In this document: one piece after another, positions 61,706 through 64,000 of the stretch | Layout: each line of letters starts with the position of its first letter | Position numbering within the stretch: position 1 is the stretch's first letter | Sequence record: NC_061449.1 | Length of the DNA: 64,000 bases | Strand: one strand, 5' to 3' | Translations under genes and position numbers: made by a program | Notes under the pieces: generated by a model | Database searches by the model: none | Told to the model about the DNA's origin: nothing | The model's input: the letters and a program-made list of their open reading frames with translations, nothing else

Positions 61706-64000
61706 ATGTCTAATAATAATCTGGGCGCTGCTGCATCATTTGGTTCTGAAACACAAAAGCAGATTAGCGACGAGCAACGTCGTGCTCACTCTGCTGAGAG
61801 CGGTCATCTGAACAAATGCACCATCGTTGTTCTGACTTCTCTGAACGCTCACGGTCGCTTCTCTTACATGAGCGCTGACGAGCAACTGCACGAGAAGTCG
61901 ATTGAAGGTAAGGTAATGGATCGACTGCCTAGCCTGATCGAACGTGCAACTGGTCCTTCTACAGACCAGAACAGTGCGTATTACATTCTGCATCCAAACA
62001 ATGGTGTGCCTACTCGCATCGACGAGCGCATCAAAGTTGGTGAAGGTGATGCGGTCATTGTTTCGTATACTGTAAATAAAGCGGTGTCAGAGATGCACGG
62101 TAGTTTGTCGCTCGCTCTTTTCAGCGCAGGCGAAAGCGACCTGTCAGACTTGGCAGCCGAGTTTGGGGTTCACTCTATCTCGATTGTCGAAGAAAGCAAA
62201 GCCGGTAATTACATTCAGGCACTCGCCGCTCAGGTGGAAGCTCTGCAAACTGTAAATATCACAAGCATTGATGAAACTGATGGTGCTCTCGATAAAGCGG
62301 TAATTGATTACAGCGCGTTGCCAGCTAACCCTGTTACTGTGCTGTCTGGTGCTGTGCGTACTTTCATCATGCAAACTATTGGCGGCGAGATCGTTGCTGC
62401 AATTCCAAATAACGGAGAACTGAACGTGAAACAACCTACCAACGCAACGCCTGTAAACCTGAGCGAAGACTTCGACGCAGAAGACGAAGTTGTTGATCAG
62501 CATGAAGGCGGCGACGAAGAAGAAGTTGCTACTGGCACTGACCTGTTCGGCTACAAAGCAGAAACGCTGTCTGTTGAGCAAATGACCGAAGCGCTCGAAG
62601 CGATTGGTTATGATCTGACTGCGATGAACGAAGACGGTATTCGTGAATCGTTCGACACTGAGCAGGCCATCTGGCTGGAAAAAGCTGACAGCGCCGAAGT
62701 AGACGGCGAAGACGACGATGCCGAAGACGAAGAAGAAGACGAAGAAGAAACCGAAGACGGTGACTTCGATGCCGTTCAATTCCTCGCTTCTGTGCTGGTC
62801 GCCGAAGAACTGGATCGTGCCGGTCTGAAAGTTCTGATTCGTACTCAAGACCTTCCGGTGATGAAGAAAGACACCGTTGAAACTCTGACTGCGAAGCTGC
62901 TTGAGCTGGTCGAAGGCGCAACCGAAGAAGAGATGGTTGAACTGCTGAACACATTCGTAGGCGCTCTGCAAGAGCATGAAATCGCCTGCCCGAACATGCT
63001 GGCGGCTCTGTCTTCTGACGAAGACGAAGACGAAGACGAAGACGAAGACGAAGACGAAGACGAAGAAGATTCTGAGGAGGAAGAAGACTCCGAAGATGAT
63101 GAAGACGAAGACGAAGAAGATTCTGAGGAGGAAGAAGACTCCGAAGATGATGACGGTGATGACCTGCAGGAGCAGATTGACGCCGTAACTGATCCTCTCG
63201 ACTACTTCCAGTTTACCGGCGGTGCCCTGACTGCTGAACAACGTGCTGCTGCCGTTGCTGCTATGGGTGAAGACGCATCTGCGATGACTATCGTTCAGGT
63301 AATGAAAGCGTTTACTCGCATTCAAAGCCAGACCAGCCCTATCGCTGCTGACGATGAAGCTGACCTTTCGTCTAACGTTGACGAACTGACTGCGCTGCTT
63401 GGTCAGTACGATGAAGCGACCGTTCAGCACGTAGCTGAAAGCCTGGGCATTCTCGTTGACGAATGCGAAACCGCTGACGAAATGATCGAAGCGATTGCTA
63501 ACGGCGGTAACGAAGACGACTTCGCCGCAGTTGAAGAGATCGCAACTAACTACGGTGTTGACCTGTCCGAAGTTGCTGACGGCCGTGAGCTGAACTTTGT
63601 TGACGCTCTGCTTGCCGTGCTGCCAGCGTTCCTGAACGACGACGAAGTTTCCGACGACGAAGACGAAGACGAAGACGCCGATGAAGCAGGCGACGATGAA
63701 GTTGAAAGCGAAGACGAAGATGAAGTAGAAGCTGAGGGCGATGCCCCTGCTGAAAACGATCATCTGAAATTCGTTAAGTCTGTTGATACCACAAATCGCG
63801 TTGGCCCTATGCTGACTGTCGATATGGACCAGACTCTGATCATCAACTTCACGCTGACTGACGGTGATACTTACTCGCCGATTGAAAGCGAACTGTCTGA
63901 CATTAACGGCTTCAACTACCGCTATCCGTTCAATCTGGGTAAAGCTGGTAAAGCGCCGGGCGCGATGCACCTGCCAGCGCAGTCTCTGCTGGACATCATC
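61706..64000 (+). CDS. very large acidic protein, more than 765 aa, truncated by the window end
   Basis: Open from ATG 61706 (MSNNNLGAAAS) to the window end; RBS hairpin TTATCT-GAGG-AGATAA; missing from the ORF track because it has no stop. Confidence 0.88.
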   Translation, partial: MSNNNLGAAASFGSETQKQISDEQRRAHSAESGHLNKCTIVVLTSLNAHGRFSYMSADEQLHEKSIEGKVMDRLPSLIERATGPSTDQNSAYYILHPNNGVPTRIDERIKVGEGDAVIVSYTVNKAVSEMHGSLSLALFSAGESDLSDLAAEFGVHSISIVEESKAGNYIQALAAQVEALQTVNITSIDETDGALDKAVIDYSALPANPVTVLSGAVRTFIMQTIGGEIVAAIPNNGELNVKQPTNATPVNLSEDFDAEDEVVDQHEGGDEEEVATGTDLFGYKAETLSVEQMTEALEAIGYDLTAMNEDGIRESFDTEQAIWLEKADSAEVDGEDDDAEDEEEDEEETEDGDFDAVQFLASVLVAEELDRAGLKVLIRTQDLPVMKKDTVETLTAKLLELVEGATEEEMVELLNTFVGALQEHEIACPNMLAALSSDEDEDEDEDEDEDEDEEDSEEEEDSEDDEDEDEEDSEEEEDSEDDDGDDLQEQIDAVTDPLDYFQFTGGALTAEQRAAAVAAMGEDASAMTIVQVMKAFTRIQSQTSPIAADDEADLSSNVDELTALLGQYDEATVQHVAESLGILVDECETADEMIEAIANGGNEDDFAAVEEIATNYGVDLSEVADGRELNFVDALLAVLPAFLNDDEVSDDEDEDEDADEAGDDEVESEDEDEVEAEGDAPAENDHLKFVKSVDTTNRVGPMLTVDMDQTLIINFTLTDGDTYSPIESELSDINGFNYRYPFNLGKAGKAPGAMHLPAQSLLDII
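63017..63151 (+). repeat. (GACGAA)x8 microsatellite overlapping an exact 51-bp tandem duplication
   Basis: GACGAA x8 at 63017-63064; identical units 63050-63100 and 63101-63151 encode EDEDEEDSEEEEDSEDD. Confidence 0.9.

Noticed and set aside
62144-63970. 608-aa minus-strand ORF rich in Phe/Val
   Set aside because: It is the reverse complement of GAA/GAC-rich codons of the real + strand acidic gene starting at 61706.
1-64000. Genome-wide TAG recoding
   Set aside because: Several genes end in TAG followed quickly by in-frame stops or new genes (for example 8978, 13558), long genes are not fragmented, and no suppressor tRNA was seen. Only one in-frame TAG (27508) was noticed.
56466-64000. Chimallin/PhuZ phage-nucleus genes among the large early proteins
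   Set aside because: No tubulin GGGTG(S/T)G motif and no recognisable chimallin sequence; cannot be supported.

Overview
The window is a 64 kb segment of a large lytic dsDNA phage. It is gene-dense and almost all genes lie on the + strand. I found no integrase, CRISPR array, rRNA or canonical tRNA. A YbiI/TraR homologue and sigma70-type promoters suggest an enterobacterial host, and the gene content resembles Y3/Dickeya-JA-type jumbo myoviruses (inference, not a database result). About 1-24.9 kb is a core replication, recombination and transcription region: RuvC-like resolvase, Ig-repeat protein, DnaG-like primase, Cas4-like nuclease, SWIM protein, Acb1-like 2H phosphoesterase, sigma70-like factor, gp32-like SSB, RecA/UvsX split by two inteins only 14 codons apart, and an AcrVA2/FinQ-family protein. 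About 24.9-64 kb is a putative early/accessory region of roughly 65 mostly unknown ORFs in cassettes driven by nine copies of one promoter family. Recognisable genes there are an RHH regulator, a NADAR-like protein, KptA/Tpt1, a radical SAM enzyme, YbiI/TraR, UvsE, dUTPase, an SLT transglycosylase, an HD hydrolase and several very acidic proteins. The most interesting leads are: (1) a radical SAM enzyme carrying a RiPP-like Cys/Gly/Phe tail; (2) the AcrVA2 homologue bracketed by a paralogue pair; (3) at least nine covarying hairpins with GAGG (Shine-Dalgarno) in the loop; (4) a Rho-N/HeH-like module reused in many early proteins; (5) an acidic/basic paralogue pair; (6) a region-4-less sigma factor with a candidate CTGTAAA(T/C)A promoter; and (7) a structured leader with a tRNA T-arm. 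All homology calls come from motif reading and remembered reference sequences; no searches were run. Start codons were adjusted by eye using RBS position.
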